Positions 22,227 through 32,271 of a stretch of DNA of 64,000 nt are shown piece by piece. Source of the DNA: Sedimentisphaerales bacterium (lineage in GTDB: Bacteria; Planctomycetota; Phycisphaerae; Sedimentisphaerales; SM23-30). Made by a program: the position numbers and the translations under genes. The notes below the pieces were generated by a model. That model was not told the DNA's origin, searched no databases, and saw only the letters and a program-made list of their open reading frames with translations. The stretch lies in NCBI GenBank assembly GCA_963666285.1, contig OY762711.1; one strand, written 5' to 3'. Within the stretch, counting starts at the first letter, position 1; every line of letters starts with the position of its first letter.

Positions 22227-22691
22227 TTGGATAAAAAAAACAAAATTGCACTAGCTGCCTCTGCTGGAGGTCATATTTCTCAATTGCTTAAACTGTCAAA
22301 TGCTTGGGATGATTTTGATATATTTTATGTAACAACTACAGATGTCCTAAAAAAGAAACTTGAAGCAAAAGCTCCGGCTTATTGCGTAGGTGAGTCAAAT
22401 AGAAAACATAAGCTACTGGCGTTAAAAATCTTTTTCAGATGTCTTAGTATCGTGTTAAAAGAAAAACCAAAAGCGATCATCTCTACTGGCGCTTTACATG
22501 GTTGTTTGCTATGCTATTTAGGCAAGCTATTATGTAGAAGTAAAATAATTTGGATTGACAGTATTACAAATACCGAAAGGCCCAGCCTGTCTGGAAGGCT
22601 TGTATACCCAATTGCAAATTTGTTTATTCTTCAATGGGAAGAATTATTAACCAGATACAAAAAAGCTGAATTTCATGGTAACATTATTTAA
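22227..22691 (+). CDS. Alg14/PssD-like glycosyltransferase subunit
   Basis: ASAGGHISQL, ISTGA, WIDS, SLSGRL..QW. Confidence 0.88.
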   Translation: MDKKNKIALAASAGGHISQLLKLSNAWDDFDIFYVTTTDVLKKKLEAKAPAYCVGESNRKHKLLALKIFFRCLSIVLKEKPKAIISTGALHGCLLCYLGKLLCRSKIIWIDSITNTERPSLSGRLVYPIANLFILQWEELLTRYKKAEFHGNII

Positions 22692-22694
22692 TAT

Positions 22695-23171
22695 ATGATA
22701 TTTCTAACAGTTGGCACACAATTTGGATTTGACAGGCTTTCTAAGGCAATTGATGCAGCTATTTCGAATGGCTTGGTATCTACCGAAATCTTTGGACAAA
22801 TAGGCGAGGGAAAATATATTCCGCAAAACTTCAAATGGTGTCGAAACTTAGAGAAAGAGATGTTTGATAAAACACTGGCAGATGCTGAAGCGATAATAAG
22901 CCATGCGGGTATGGGAACCATCACAATGGCCCTTGAACATAGTAAGCCACTCCTGGTTATGCCCAGGCTTGCTAAGCATAAAGAAGTAGTAAACGATCAT
23001 CAAACAGGCATTGCAAAAAGATTTCAGGAACTTGGACATTTATTGTTAGCTGAAAATGAAGAAGAACTGCCTGCTAAAATTGAATTACTAAAAACCTTTT
23101 TACCAAAACCGCGTGAGAATCAGGCAGATAAGGTGGCCGAAAGAATAATACAATTTCTAGATAATCTATAA
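22695..23171 (+). CDS. Alg13/PssE-like glycosyltransferase subunit (GT28 C-terminal type)
   Basis: MIFLTVGTQFGFDRL, ISHAGMGTI, MPR....E.VNDHQ. Confidence 0.88.
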   Translation: MIFLTVGTQFGFDRLSKAIDAAISNGLVSTEIFGQIGEGKYIPQNFKWCRNLEKEMFDKTLADAEAIISHAGMGTITMALEHSKPLLVMPRLAKHKEVVNDHQTGIAKRFQELGHLLLAENEEELPAKIELLKTFLPKPRENQADKVAERIIQFLDNL

Positions 23172-23210
23172 TGAAAAAAACTTATTGCTAATAATTATTA
23201 CGAGGTATTT

Positions 23211-24527
23211 ATGGCAAAAACAACTTCTAAAAAGAATGTGAAAAAATCCCCCACTGTCGGCATCATCGGCCTCGGTTATGTTGGCCTGCCGCTTGCCATA
23301 GAGTTCGTCCGCGGCGGAGCATCTGTTATTGGCTTCGATATCAGCGATGCCGCCGTCAAACGAATTAACTCCGGCAAAAGCCCGCTCAAACACATCCCGC
23401 ACGAGCATATTACCGAGATGGTCAAGTCCAAACGCTTCAAGGCCACCGGCGACATGAAACTCATGAAAAAGCCGGACGCTCTTATCCTCTGCGTGCCTAC
23501 CCCGCTCACCGAAAACCGCGAGCCGGATATGTACTACGTCGAAGAGTCCTGCCGTACTGTTGCTAAATATCTCCGTAAAGGCCAGCTCGTCGTCCTCGAA
23601 AGCACAACCTATCCCGGCACAACCAACGAAGTTATGAAGCCAATTCTCGAAGCATCCGGTCTCAAAGCCGGCAAGGACTTCCACATGGCATATTCGCCCG
23701 AACGCGAAGATCCCGGCAACGCACATTTCAACACTCGCACAATCCCGAAGGTCATCGGTGCCATCGACAAGCCATCCATGGACTTCGCCCTCAACATATA
23801 CAGCTGCGCCATCGACACCATGATCCCAGTAGACAGCTGCGAAACAGCCGAAGCTATCAAAATCGTCGAAAACGTCTATCGTTGCGTCAATATCGCGATG
23901 GTTAACGAACTCAAGCAGCTCTTTGACCGCATGGGCATCGATGTCTGGGAAGTCGTCCGCGGCGCGAGCTCAAAACCATTCGGCTACCAGCCGTTCTACC
24001 CCGGCCCCGGTCTTGGTGGCCATTGCATCCCGATCGACCCGTTCTACCTCACCTGGAAGGCTCGCCAGTACGGCATGCCTACCCGTTTTATAGAGCTCGC
24101 CGGTGAGATCAATACTAATATGCCTCACTATGTTGTTCATCGTACCATGGAGGCTTTAAATGATCAAAAAAAGAGTCTCAAAGGATCAAAAGTACTCGTT
24201 CTCGGTCTTGCCTATAAAAAAGACATCGACGATATCCGCGAATCGCCATCCCTCGAGCTTATCGAACTGCTGCTCGAAAAGGGTGCCAAAGTCGATTATA
24301 ACGACCCGTATATCCCGCAGACCAAAAAGACTCGCGAATATAATCTCAAAATGAAATCAATCCAGCTCACCCCGGCCAATATCAAAAAATACGATTGCGT
24401 CCTTATCGCCACCGCCCACAGTGAATACGACATGGACATGATAGTCAAAAATGCCAGGCTCGTGGTCGATACCCGCAACGCCTGTGCTGATGTTAAAGTC
24501 GGCAGGCAAAAAGTCGTCAAATCTTAA
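23211..24527 (+). CDS. Nucleotide-sugar dehydrogenase (UDP-N-acetylglucosamine 6-dehydrogenase, WbpA-like)
   Basis: GLGYVGLPL, CVPTP, LESTTYPGTT, SPEREDPGN, GGHCIPIDP, GLAYKKDIDDIRESP. Confidence 0.92.
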   Translation: MAKTTSKKNVKKSPTVGIIGLGYVGLPLAIEFVRGGASVIGFDISDAAVKRINSGKSPLKHIPHEHITEMVKSKRFKATGDMKLMKKPDALILCVPTPLTENREPDMYYVEESCRTVAKYLRKGQLVVLESTTYPGTTNEVMKPILEASGLKAGKDFHMAYSPEREDPGNAHFNTRTIPKVIGAIDKPSMDFALNIYSCAIDTMIPVDSCETAEAIKIVENVYRCVNIAMVNELKQLFDRMGIDVWEVVRGASSKPFGYQPFYPGPGLGGHCIPIDPFYLTWKARQYGMPTRFIELAGEINTNMPHYVVHRTMEALNDQKKSLKGSKVLVLGLAYKKDIDDIRESPSLELIELLLEKGAKVDYNDPYIPQTKKTREYNLKMKSIQLTPANIKKYDCVLIATAHSEYDMDMIVKNARLVVDTRNACADVKVGRQKVVKS

Positions 24528-24540
24528 TTAGGAACTATAT

Positions 24541-25557
24541 ATGTCCAAAAAGAAAATACTAATAACCGGTGCTGCAGGGTTTATAGGCTCTAATTTTGTT
24601 AGGATGCTAATTACTCATCCAGAACAACAATATGATATAATCGCTCTGGATGCCTTGACTTATGCTGGTAATCTGAAAAATCTGGCCGAATTTGAAGGAA
24701 AATCCGGCTATAGTTTTGTCAAAGCAGACATCTGTGATGAGTCTGTTATAAATGAACTCATTCAGGAATGTGACATTGTAGTCAATTTTGCCGCGGAAAG
24801 CCATGTGGATCGCTCAATTATGGGATCTGAGCCATTCGTGCGGACTAATATCGAAGGAACACGTGTGTTGCTTGATGCCTGTAAACAGCATGGCATAGAC
24901 CGATATCATCAAGTCTCCACCGACGAAGTATATGGCACACTTGGAAAAACCGGTTTCTTTACCGAAACCACCCCCCTGGCACCAAACAGCCCATATAGTG
25001 CTTCTAAAGCCGGGGCCGACCTATTAGTTAGAGCCTACCATGAAACATTTGGCTTCCCTGCCACAATTACCCGCTGCTCTAATAACTACGGCTGCTGGCA
25101 TTTTCCGGAAAAGCTTATCCCCCTGTTTGTTACCAACTTAATTGATAACAAAAAAGTACCGGTATATGGTGATGGTATGCAGGTAAGAGACTGGCTGCAT
25201 GTAACAGATCACTGCAAAGCTATCCTTTGTGTCATTGAAAATGCAAATGATGGTTCAATTTACAATGTAGGCGGTAACAACGAACAATATAACATAGATA
25301 TCACCAAAATGATACTTAAACATCTTAATAAAGACGATAGTTATATTGAGCATGTTACCGACAGACTGGGGCATGACCGCCGCTATGCAATCGATGCAAG
25401 TAAGATAAAAAATGATCTCGGATGGGAACCGATAGTTAATTTCGAACAGGGCTTAGCAGAAACCATAGAGTGGTATCTAAATAATGAGTCCTGGTGGCGA
25501 AAGATCAAGAGCGGCGAATATATGAAATTCTATGAACAGTACTACGGTAATAGATAA
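24541..25557 (+). CDS. rfbB: dTDP-glucose 4,6-dehydratase
   Basis: GAAGFIGSNF, DALTYAGN, AAESHVDRSI, VSTDEVYG, PNSPYSASKA, GHDRRYA. Confidence 0.95.
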   Translation: MSKKKILITGAAGFIGSNFVRMLITHPEQQYDIIALDALTYAGNLKNLAEFEGKSGYSFVKADICDESVINELIQECDIVVNFAAESHVDRSIMGSEPFVRTNIEGTRVLLDACKQHGIDRYHQVSTDEVYGTLGKTGFFTETTPLAPNSPYSASKAGADLLVRAYHETFGFPATITRCSNNYGCWHFPEKLIPLFVTNLIDNKKVPVYGDGMQVRDWLHVTDHCKAILCVIENANDGSIYNVGGNNEQYNIDITKMILKHLNKDDSYIEHVTDRLGHDRRYAIDASKIKNDLGWEPIVNFEQGLAETIEWYLNNESWWRKIKSGEYMKFYEQYYGNR

Positions 25558-25565
25558 GCGATTTT

Positions 25566-26546
25566 TTGATACAATCTCATAATATGAAAAATATTCATGC
25601 AATTATTCTAGCTGGTTCTATTGACTTTGGTAGATGCAAAATTGCCAGTAAAATACCGGTTTGCAACTGGCCTGTATTAGATAAACCTGCAATAATAAGA
25701 ATCCTTGACTGGATACATAACAGTGGTATTAAGTCGGCTACCATATGTCTTGACGGAGACTATTCAATCCTTGAAAAAGAAATTATTTCATATTCTCCTG
25801 ACATAAAAGTAGATTTTTTAACAGAAACAATGCCATGGGGAACAGCGGGCTGCATTCGAGAAGTTATAAAATCAAAAGATCTTGATACCTTTTTTGTTTG
25901 CAAAGCAGCAATGCTTCTACCACCTTCTATCTCTGATCTACTGGTCAATCATATTAATTCAAATAAATTATTAACTGTTGCTATTAACCCTGCTCAAAAA
26001 CATATTCAAACATTCTATGAAGCCACAGGAGCTTATGTATGCAGTAAAGAAATAGCTGACTATATCCCCAAATTAGGTTATTGCGATATCAAAGAAAGAC
26101 TAATCCCATATATGATACAAAAAGGAAAAAAAATAAATGCTTTTTTATTAGAAAAAAAGACCGGCCCATTCCGTGACCTGGAATCATATTATAATTCTAT
26201 TCAAAATTCACTCTCTGACCTGATAAAAATATTTAATAAACCTGACAAATATAATATTCATAACAACAATATTTTAATAGCTAAATCAGCTAGCATCTCT
26301 AGTAATACAAAGTTATTTGGCCCTGTTGCAATATTGGATAATGTTAAAATAGAAGACAGTATCATATTTGGACCTACTGTAATTTCTAACAATGTCACCA
26401 TTAATAGTAATTCGTTTCTGGAATCATCAATAATATGGAATAATACCACTATTGGAAACAAATCTTCTATTAGAAAATGCTTAATTAATACAAACGCCAC
26501 ACTCCCAGCCAAAACAGTAAAAAATAAAGAAGTAATATATAGCTAA
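25566..26546 (+). CDS. NDP-sugar synthase-like protein (nucleotidyltransferase plus hexapeptide domain) with degenerate signature
   Basis: AIILAG, PV.DKP, E..PWGTAG and C-terminal left-handed beta-helix repeats; canonical GxGTRL motif absent. Confidence 0.7.
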   Translation: MIQSHNMKNIHAIILAGSIDFGRCKIASKIPVCNWPVLDKPAIIRILDWIHNSGIKSATICLDGDYSILEKEIISYSPDIKVDFLTETMPWGTAGCIREVIKSKDLDTFFVCKAAMLLPPSISDLLVNHINSNKLLTVAINPAQKHIQTFYEATGAYVCSKEIADYIPKLGYCDIKERLIPYMIQKGKKINAFLLEKKTGPFRDLESYYNSIQNSLSDLIKIFNKPDKYNIHNNNILIAKSASISSNTKLFGPVAILDNVKIEDSIIFGPTVISNNVTINSNSFLESSIIWNNTTIGNKSSIRKCLINTNATLPAKTVKNKEVIYS

Positions 26547-26552
26547 ATAATT

Positions 26553-27257
26553 ATGAAAAAACATGTTACATTCATTTCCGCAATCTTGATTCTTATCCTT
26601 TCTGGTATAGCATACCAATATACTGAAAAGCTATACGGCAGTGGCTCTTTGCGCAAGATCATTCTACCAGTACCTTTAAGCTGTTTCCCTATAAAATTTG
26701 ATAAATGGTCTGGAAAAGAAGTGCCTCTTTCAGATGCTGTCCAGAAAGTTGCCGGCAACGACGATTTCATTAATAGACAGTATACAAATATACAAGAAAA
26801 TAAATGGGCTTCGTTTTACGTTGCATATACAGGTCAACCAAGAAACATGCTTGGGCACCGCCCGACAATATGTTATGTCGGAGCCGGATGGATTCATCAG
26901 GATACTAAAATTACTGACTTTACAAGTATAAATGGTACTACCTTTCCGTGCCTGATTCATTATTTCAGCAAACCCAAACCCGATTCTACATCAATTGTCG
27001 TATTAAACTACTATATTCTCAATGGCATTCCAACAAACAAGGAATCTGAATTCAACAGCCTGGCATTTCGATTGCCAAATGTAGACGGTGAAATTGCTAA
27101 ATATGTAGCCCAAATACAGATAAGTTCAACTGTTGAGTCAAATGTTCTTGACCTTGCGGCAATAACTGCCGATGACATAATAAAATATCTGCCCAACGAA
27201 AAAGGAGTAGTTCCCATAACTATTGAAACAAAACAGGAGAATAATTCTGGAAAATAA
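26553..27257 (+). CDS. epsI: Exosortase-associated EpsI family protein
   Basis: N-terminal TM, FP...W.G, HRPTICYVGAGW; adjacent to an exosortase. Confidence 0.85.
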   Translation: MKKHVTFISAILILILSGIAYQYTEKLYGSGSLRKIILPVPLSCFPIKFDKWSGKEVPLSDAVQKVAGNDDFINRQYTNIQENKWASFYVAYTGQPRNMLGHRPTICYVGAGWIHQDTKITDFTSINGTTFPCLIHYFSKPKPDSTSIVVLNYYILNGIPTNKESEFNSLAFRLPNVDGEIAKYVAQIQISSTVESNVLDLAAITADDIIKYLPNEKGVVPITIETKQENNSGK

Positions 27258-28149
27258 ATTGAACAATGGTATACAAAGTAAAACTCCTATAATAAAGTTT
27301 TACTTAACTTTGTTGATTATTTCGTTTTTATGGTCTTTTTTTCCGCACATTGCTGACCTTTGGAGAATGTGGATGAACTCTGATGAATACTCATCCGGAT
27401 TACTTGTACCATTTATATCTGGATATATTTTATATTCCAGGATAACAAAGCAAAAAGATAATCAGATTAAAGTCTTCTGGCCGGCATTTATTTTTCTCTT
27501 GCTTTCACAAACACTTCGAGTAGCCGGTGTGTTATTGATGTCAGCTTTTTTAATGCGTATTTCTCTTCTTTTCACAGTATATTCACTATTATTACTTGTC
27601 CTTGGATATAAAATATGCTTAAAAAATTATGCAGTTTTCCTTTTTATGATATTAATGGTTCCTTTACCAAACAGTATTCATAGTTTAATCAGCCCGCAAT
27701 TACAACACTGGGCAACAGAATCTGCTATCTTTTTACTGGAAGTCTTGGGATACAAGGTTCAAAATGAAGGTAATATAATCTATATAAATAATACCAGCGT
27801 TGCTGTCGCCGAAGCCTGTAACGGCCTTAGAATGATAACTGCTTTCTTTGTAACAAGTGGTTTAATAGCTCTTATAATAAATAAGCCTGTATGGCAAAAA
27901 GCTACAATCTTTATATCAACATTACCGATAGCAATTATCTGCAATACAATCAGACTTGTAATAACTTCTATTGCATTCACGTTAATTAGTGGAGATGAGT
28001 GGGAAAACCTTTTCCATGATTTTGGCGGATTTGCAATGATGCCTTTAGCTATATTATTAGTTGTTTTGGAAATCGGTTTTATGAATATTATTACTGTTAA
28101 CGAAGGTCAAAAAGATATTGTTGATGACCATACCATAGAATTTAAGTAG
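27223..28149 (+). CDS. epsH: Exosortase (EpsH family); exact start uncertain
   Basis: W..SDEYSSGLLVP, VAEACNGLRM, NTIR, FHDFGG (Cys/Arg/His triad). Confidence 0.92.
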   Translation: MKQNRRIILENKLNNGIQSKTPIIKFYLTLLIISFLWSFFPHIADLWRMWMNSDEYSSGLLVPFISGYILYSRITKQKDNQIKVFWPAFIFLLLSQTLRVAGVLLMSAFLMRISLLFTVYSLLLLVLGYKICLKNYAVFLFMILMVPLPNSIHSLISPQLQHWATESAIFLLEVLGYKVQNEGNIIYINNTSVAVAEACNGLRMITAFFVTSGLIALIINKPVWQKATIFISTLPIAIICNTIRLVITSIAFTLISGDEWENLFHDFGGFAMMPLAILLVVLEIGFMNIITVNEGQKDIVDDHTIEFK

Positions 28150-28157
28150 GTGTAAAA

Positions 28158-30530
28158 ATGCCGGAATTAAATCCATATCCAGAAAATTTTGTCCCAAGTT
28201 CAACAATTCAGCCTCAATATACCAGCTCAATTGTCCCTTATGACGCTGCCAATCAGTTACCTGAAAACATTAGTAGCGGCTCTCAAAATATTATGCCGAA
28301 ATTGATTAGAAAGTGGCCTGTTATTGCTATTATTACAATCCTGATTTGCTCATTCGCAATCCCTGGAATATTGCTTTTTAGCAAAAATACTTTTGAGGCT
28401 CAAATTCTTATCGAAGTACTTCCAATTACTCCAACTGTTCTAACCGACCCTGATGACTCAGCTAAAACATACGCATATGATTCATATAAAAACACACAAG
28501 CCAAAAAAATACTCAGTGAAAGCGTCTTGCAAAAAACATCTTACGAACTTACAGAAATACCACTTGAAACTTTCATTATCCCCGAAAAAACCTTCTCTGG
28601 CCGCCTCAAACAAGCTTGGATATATAAAGATCTTAGCTTCATAACAAATCCAGAATCGGATATATATAACAAACTTCAAAACATGATTGCAAACCAGCAA
28701 ATACAGGCATCTTCAGATAGACATAGCAATTTCATAATCTTATCGGTAACCACAACCAGCAAAAATGATGCTAAAGTTATTGCTGATCAGATACGAAACA
28801 GTTACAAAGAAATAGTCGTGAAAAACATTGACAATATCGACACAAAACTTAACACACTAAGAAATGAGATGGACACTTTAGCTAGTGAAATAGACAGGCA
28901 GGAAAAACAAATCTTAGTTTCTACCTTACAATATGGTAGAAACTTATCACGCAGACACGATATGGAAATATCAAAAATTGAAGGTATAGATGAACAGATC
29001 ATATCAGCAAAAGAAGAAATGAACAGACTGGATAAAAGGGTAAAAGAACTAAAAGAAAGTGTTACAGAATTACCAACTCTTCCTGATAATTTCACAAAAT
29101 CAATATCAGAACAACAAAGTGCTTATATAAACACCGATGAAAGAATTAAAAGACTTAACGAAAGTATAATGAAAGCTGAAGAAGAGCTTCTCAACGCTAA
29201 ACAATATCTAAATGAAGACAACCCGGAACTAGAAAAAAAGAAAAATTTGATTCGAGAAATTGAAGAAAAAGTAAAGAAAAGAGAAGAGGAACTTACAAAT
29301 AAATTCAACCAGATTGTTGAAAATGAGAAAAAAATGGCTCTGGCAGACATTCAAAAAAGAAATGAAGATGAATTAAAACAGGCAACTGAAATTTATAATG
29401 AACAAGTAAGTTATCTCGATAAACTTGAAGGTACAAGAGAGCTGGCTAATGAAGAAGCAAAAAAAATTGGCCGACTTGAAGTTGATATTCAAAGAAAAGA
29501 AGATGAATTGACACAAATCAAAACACTGCACCGGCAAATTAGCGACACTATTAATAAACTTTTAATTGAAAGCGAGCGACCTCAAAGAATCAAAGCAGAT
29601 GGAATTGCTGCAGTTACTGATAGAGGAAATAAAAAAATTAAACTTCTCGGCGGAAGTATATTTGCCGCCTTAGCTGCCGGACTGGCATTTGCTTTTCTAC
29701 TTGTGAAAACTGACAGTAGCCTGCACTCCCCTGATGATATTATAAAACAGGCAGGCTTAGCAATTGTAGGTACTACTATTGACACAAAATCAGTTAAGAA
29801 AAAAGACCTTACTCAATTTATGTCGATGGATTTCCAAAATATCAGGGCAAACCTGAAATTACTCAATGGTGGCGAAATACCCCAAAAGATCCTGATCACA
29901 AGTGCTGAACCAAGAGAAGGGAAGACTTCACTTGCCATTAACTTAGCTTCATCACTATCAAGAAGCGGTAATAGAGTACTTTTAATTGATGGCGATCTTA
30001 GAAAACCTGATTTACATCGCATATTGAACCTTCATGGTATAACAGTTGGTTTACGTGAGGTAGCAAGCGGTATCTGTATATATGAAGATGCCGTTTTCGA
30101 AGAATACCATCCAAATCTGGATGTGCTTAGAGCTTGTGGAAGCACAAATTTTGACAGTGTTCAACTTTTAAGCGCTCGCGGTATCAGTGAATTTCTGGAA
30201 AGAATGGAAAACAAGTACGATAATATTATAATCGACTCATCACCTGTTCTTGCCGCTCCAGATGCACTCCTTTGGGCGCGTCTAACTGACGCTGTTGTTT
30301 TAAGTTCGCTATCCGGACGAACAACCGGCCCTTCCTTAAAAACTACTATCGAAAGACTTTCAAAACTAAATGTTAAAATCCTGGGCAATGTTCTTGCCAG
30401 CGTTAAAAGCGGGGCCGGATATGGCAGCGGCTATTACTATGATTATACATATGGCAATGAGTCATATACAAAATCCAACAAGAATAATAATTATCGTAAT
30501 TTGATTATTGACACAAACTCGCAAATATAA
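28158..30530 (+). CDS. wzc: Polysaccharide co-polymerase / tyrosine autokinase (Wzc-like)
   Basis: Two TM segments around a coiled coil; Walker A EGKTS, LLIDGDLRKP, IIIDSSP; C-terminal Tyr cluster GYGSGYYYDYTYG. Confidence 0.9.
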   Translation: MPELNPYPENFVPSSTIQPQYTSSIVPYDAANQLPENISSGSQNIMPKLIRKWPVIAIITILICSFAIPGILLFSKNTFEAQILIEVLPITPTVLTDPDDSAKTYAYDSYKNTQAKKILSESVLQKTSYELTEIPLETFIIPEKTFSGRLKQAWIYKDLSFITNPESDIYNKLQNMIANQQIQASSDRHSNFIILSVTTTSKNDAKVIADQIRNSYKEIVVKNIDNIDTKLNTLRNEMDTLASEIDRQEKQILVSTLQYGRNLSRRHDMEISKIEGIDEQIISAKEEMNRLDKRVKELKESVTELPTLPDNFTKSISEQQSAYINTDERIKRLNESIMKAEEELLNAKQYLNEDNPELEKKKNLIREIEEKVKKREEELTNKFNQIVENEKKMALADIQKRNEDELKQATEIYNEQVSYLDKLEGTRELANEEAKKIGRLEVDIQRKEDELTQIKTLHRQISDTINKLLIESERPQRIKADGIAAVTDRGNKKIKLLGGSIFAALAAGLAFAFLLVKTDSSLHSPDDIIKQAGLAIVGTTIDTKSVKKKDLTQFMSMDFQNIRANLKLLNGGEIPQKILITSAEPREGKTSLAINLASSLSRSGNRVLLIDGDLRKPDLHRILNLHGITVGLREVASGICIYEDAVFEEYHPNLDVLRACGSTNFDSVQLLSARGISEFLERMENKYDNIIIDSSPVLAAPDALLWARLTDAVVLSSLSGRTTGPSLKTTIERLSKLNVKILGNVLASVKSGAGYGSGYYYDYTYGNESYTKSNKNNNYRNLIIDTNSQI

Positions 30531-30578
30531 TCTCTCATAGTAGAAAAACAAATTAAACAGCCGCGAATTTCCCCTAAT

Positions 30579-32168
30579 ATGGACTACCTGATACTACATC
30601 ACACAGATAATTCTGACAACGTTTTACAAAATCTAATAGCTAGTGGCCTGTTTTCCAGTGCTTCTTTAACTAAATCCATAATAAACGCACATCCATATCT
30701 AGTGGAAAACGAAACTCATTTTGCTTCTTCTGCTATTTTCAACATTATCGAACAAAATAACTCTAATGTCTCTAGCTTTTCACACGAATCTCCATTACAC
30801 TTAAATACAAGCAGCGTTGTGAATAATAGAATGATTTTATCCAACGCTCGATATATATTCGACTTTAATACTGAACCGTTAGCTTCAATCTGTAATAATA
30901 TTCATTCTGATATAGTAACAATAGAAATCGATCAAAACCTTTCTGGTTTCCGGGAAAAATTTACTTTTGATTCAAACGGTAACATAGCAGGCATAAGACG
31001 TGTATTTTCTGATTCTATTGTAACAACTTCTGTTCCCAAAGAGTGGCCACATATAATTTACATTCAAAAACCTTCCATTCTGAACACTTCAAATATATCG
31101 CACCTTCCATTAGATTTTGATGAATTTATCTCATTATGCAACAGACATTCATTAACAGTTAAAAGTATTAGAATTGCTGGAAAAGCGTACGACTTATTTG
31201 AATGCGGCTCATTTCTGAAATTTACCGAACAATGCCTGGAACACAATTTCTTGAATAAGTCAAGGCCGGCAAATTTTCATAAATCATCCAGGATTTATGG
31301 GAATATAGCTTTTGGGGAGAATGTTAAAGTAGGTAGAAATTGTATTATTGTTGGACCATGTATTATTGGAAACAATATCACTATACCAGACAACACTGCT
31401 ATAAGAAACTCCATTATTCTATGTCAGCCTAAAGTTACAAATAAAATAATTGAAAATACTTTTATCACAGATTCAAGCAACCACAAACAATATCACCTAG
31501 AGATGTCCCAGGAAATTAAGCTTAAAAAAGCAATGTTTAGATATTTTTCATCCTGGTCATATCCCGGAATATGGAAAAGATTAGCTGATATACTTTTTGC
31601 CTCAGTATTTTTACTAGCATCACTTCCTGTATTTATTGCCGTTGCTATCGCTATCAAAATATCGTCTCCCGGACCAGTTTTTTTCAAACATAAAAGGCAA
31701 GGGCTGCATGGAAAAGAATTTGGCTGTACAAAATTCCGAACAATGATTGTAGGTGCTGATGACATCCAAGACCAACTTAGAAAAATCAACGAAGTTGATG
31801 GTCCTCAATTTAAAATGGATGACGATCCCAGGGTTAATGCAATTGGCAAGTTCCTGCGTGATACCGGAATTGATGAATTCCCGCAATTTATAAATGTCCT
31901 TAAGGGACAAATGTCTGTCGTTGGCCCCCGCCCTTCTCCAGAAAAGGAAAATGCTTTTTGTGCGTATTGGCGTGATGCAAGGCTTTCTGTAAGACCAGGT
32001 ATAACAGGATTATGGCAAATAAAAAGAACCCGGGAGGAAGGCAAAGACTTCCAGGAATGGGTAATACATGATACCGCATATGTAAAAAGAATTTCGCCCT
32101 GGTTAGATATTAAAATTTGTTTCATGACCGTCAAATATTTACTAAAATCATTTATTGAACAATTCTAA
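30579..32168 (+). CDS. Priming (undecaprenyl-phosphate) sugar transferase with N-terminal degenerate nucleotidyltransferase/hexapeptide region
   Basis: KRLADI, SPGPVFF, KFRTM, DDPRV, IDEFPQFINVLKGQMSVVGPRP, RPGITGLWQ. Confidence 0.9.
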   Translation: MDYLILHHTDNSDNVLQNLIASGLFSSASLTKSIINAHPYLVENETHFASSAIFNIIEQNNSNVSSFSHESPLHLNTSSVVNNRMILSNARYIFDFNTEPLASICNNIHSDIVTIEIDQNLSGFREKFTFDSNGNIAGIRRVFSDSIVTTSVPKEWPHIIYIQKPSILNTSNISHLPLDFDEFISLCNRHSLTVKSIRIAGKAYDLFECGSFLKFTEQCLEHNFLNKSRPANFHKSSRIYGNIAFGENVKVGRNCIIVGPCIIGNNITIPDNTAIRNSIILCQPKVTNKIIENTFITDSSNHKQYHLEMSQEIKLKKAMFRYFSSWSYPGIWKRLADILFASVFLLASLPVFIAVAIAIKISSPGPVFFKHKRQGLHGKEFGCTKFRTMIVGADDIQDQLRKINEVDGPQFKMDDDPRVNAIGKFLRDTGIDEFPQFINVLKGQMSVVGPRPSPEKENAFCAYWRDARLSVRPGITGLWQIKRTREEGKDFQEWVIHDTAYVKRISPWLDIKICFMTVKYLLKSFIEQF

Positions 32169-32271
32169 AACATAAGTATAATATAATACGTGGGATATAG
32201 TGTCATATCTGATATCGTATAATAATATTTTATAAAATAGAGATTTAATTGATTTCATTGAAAGAAATAAT

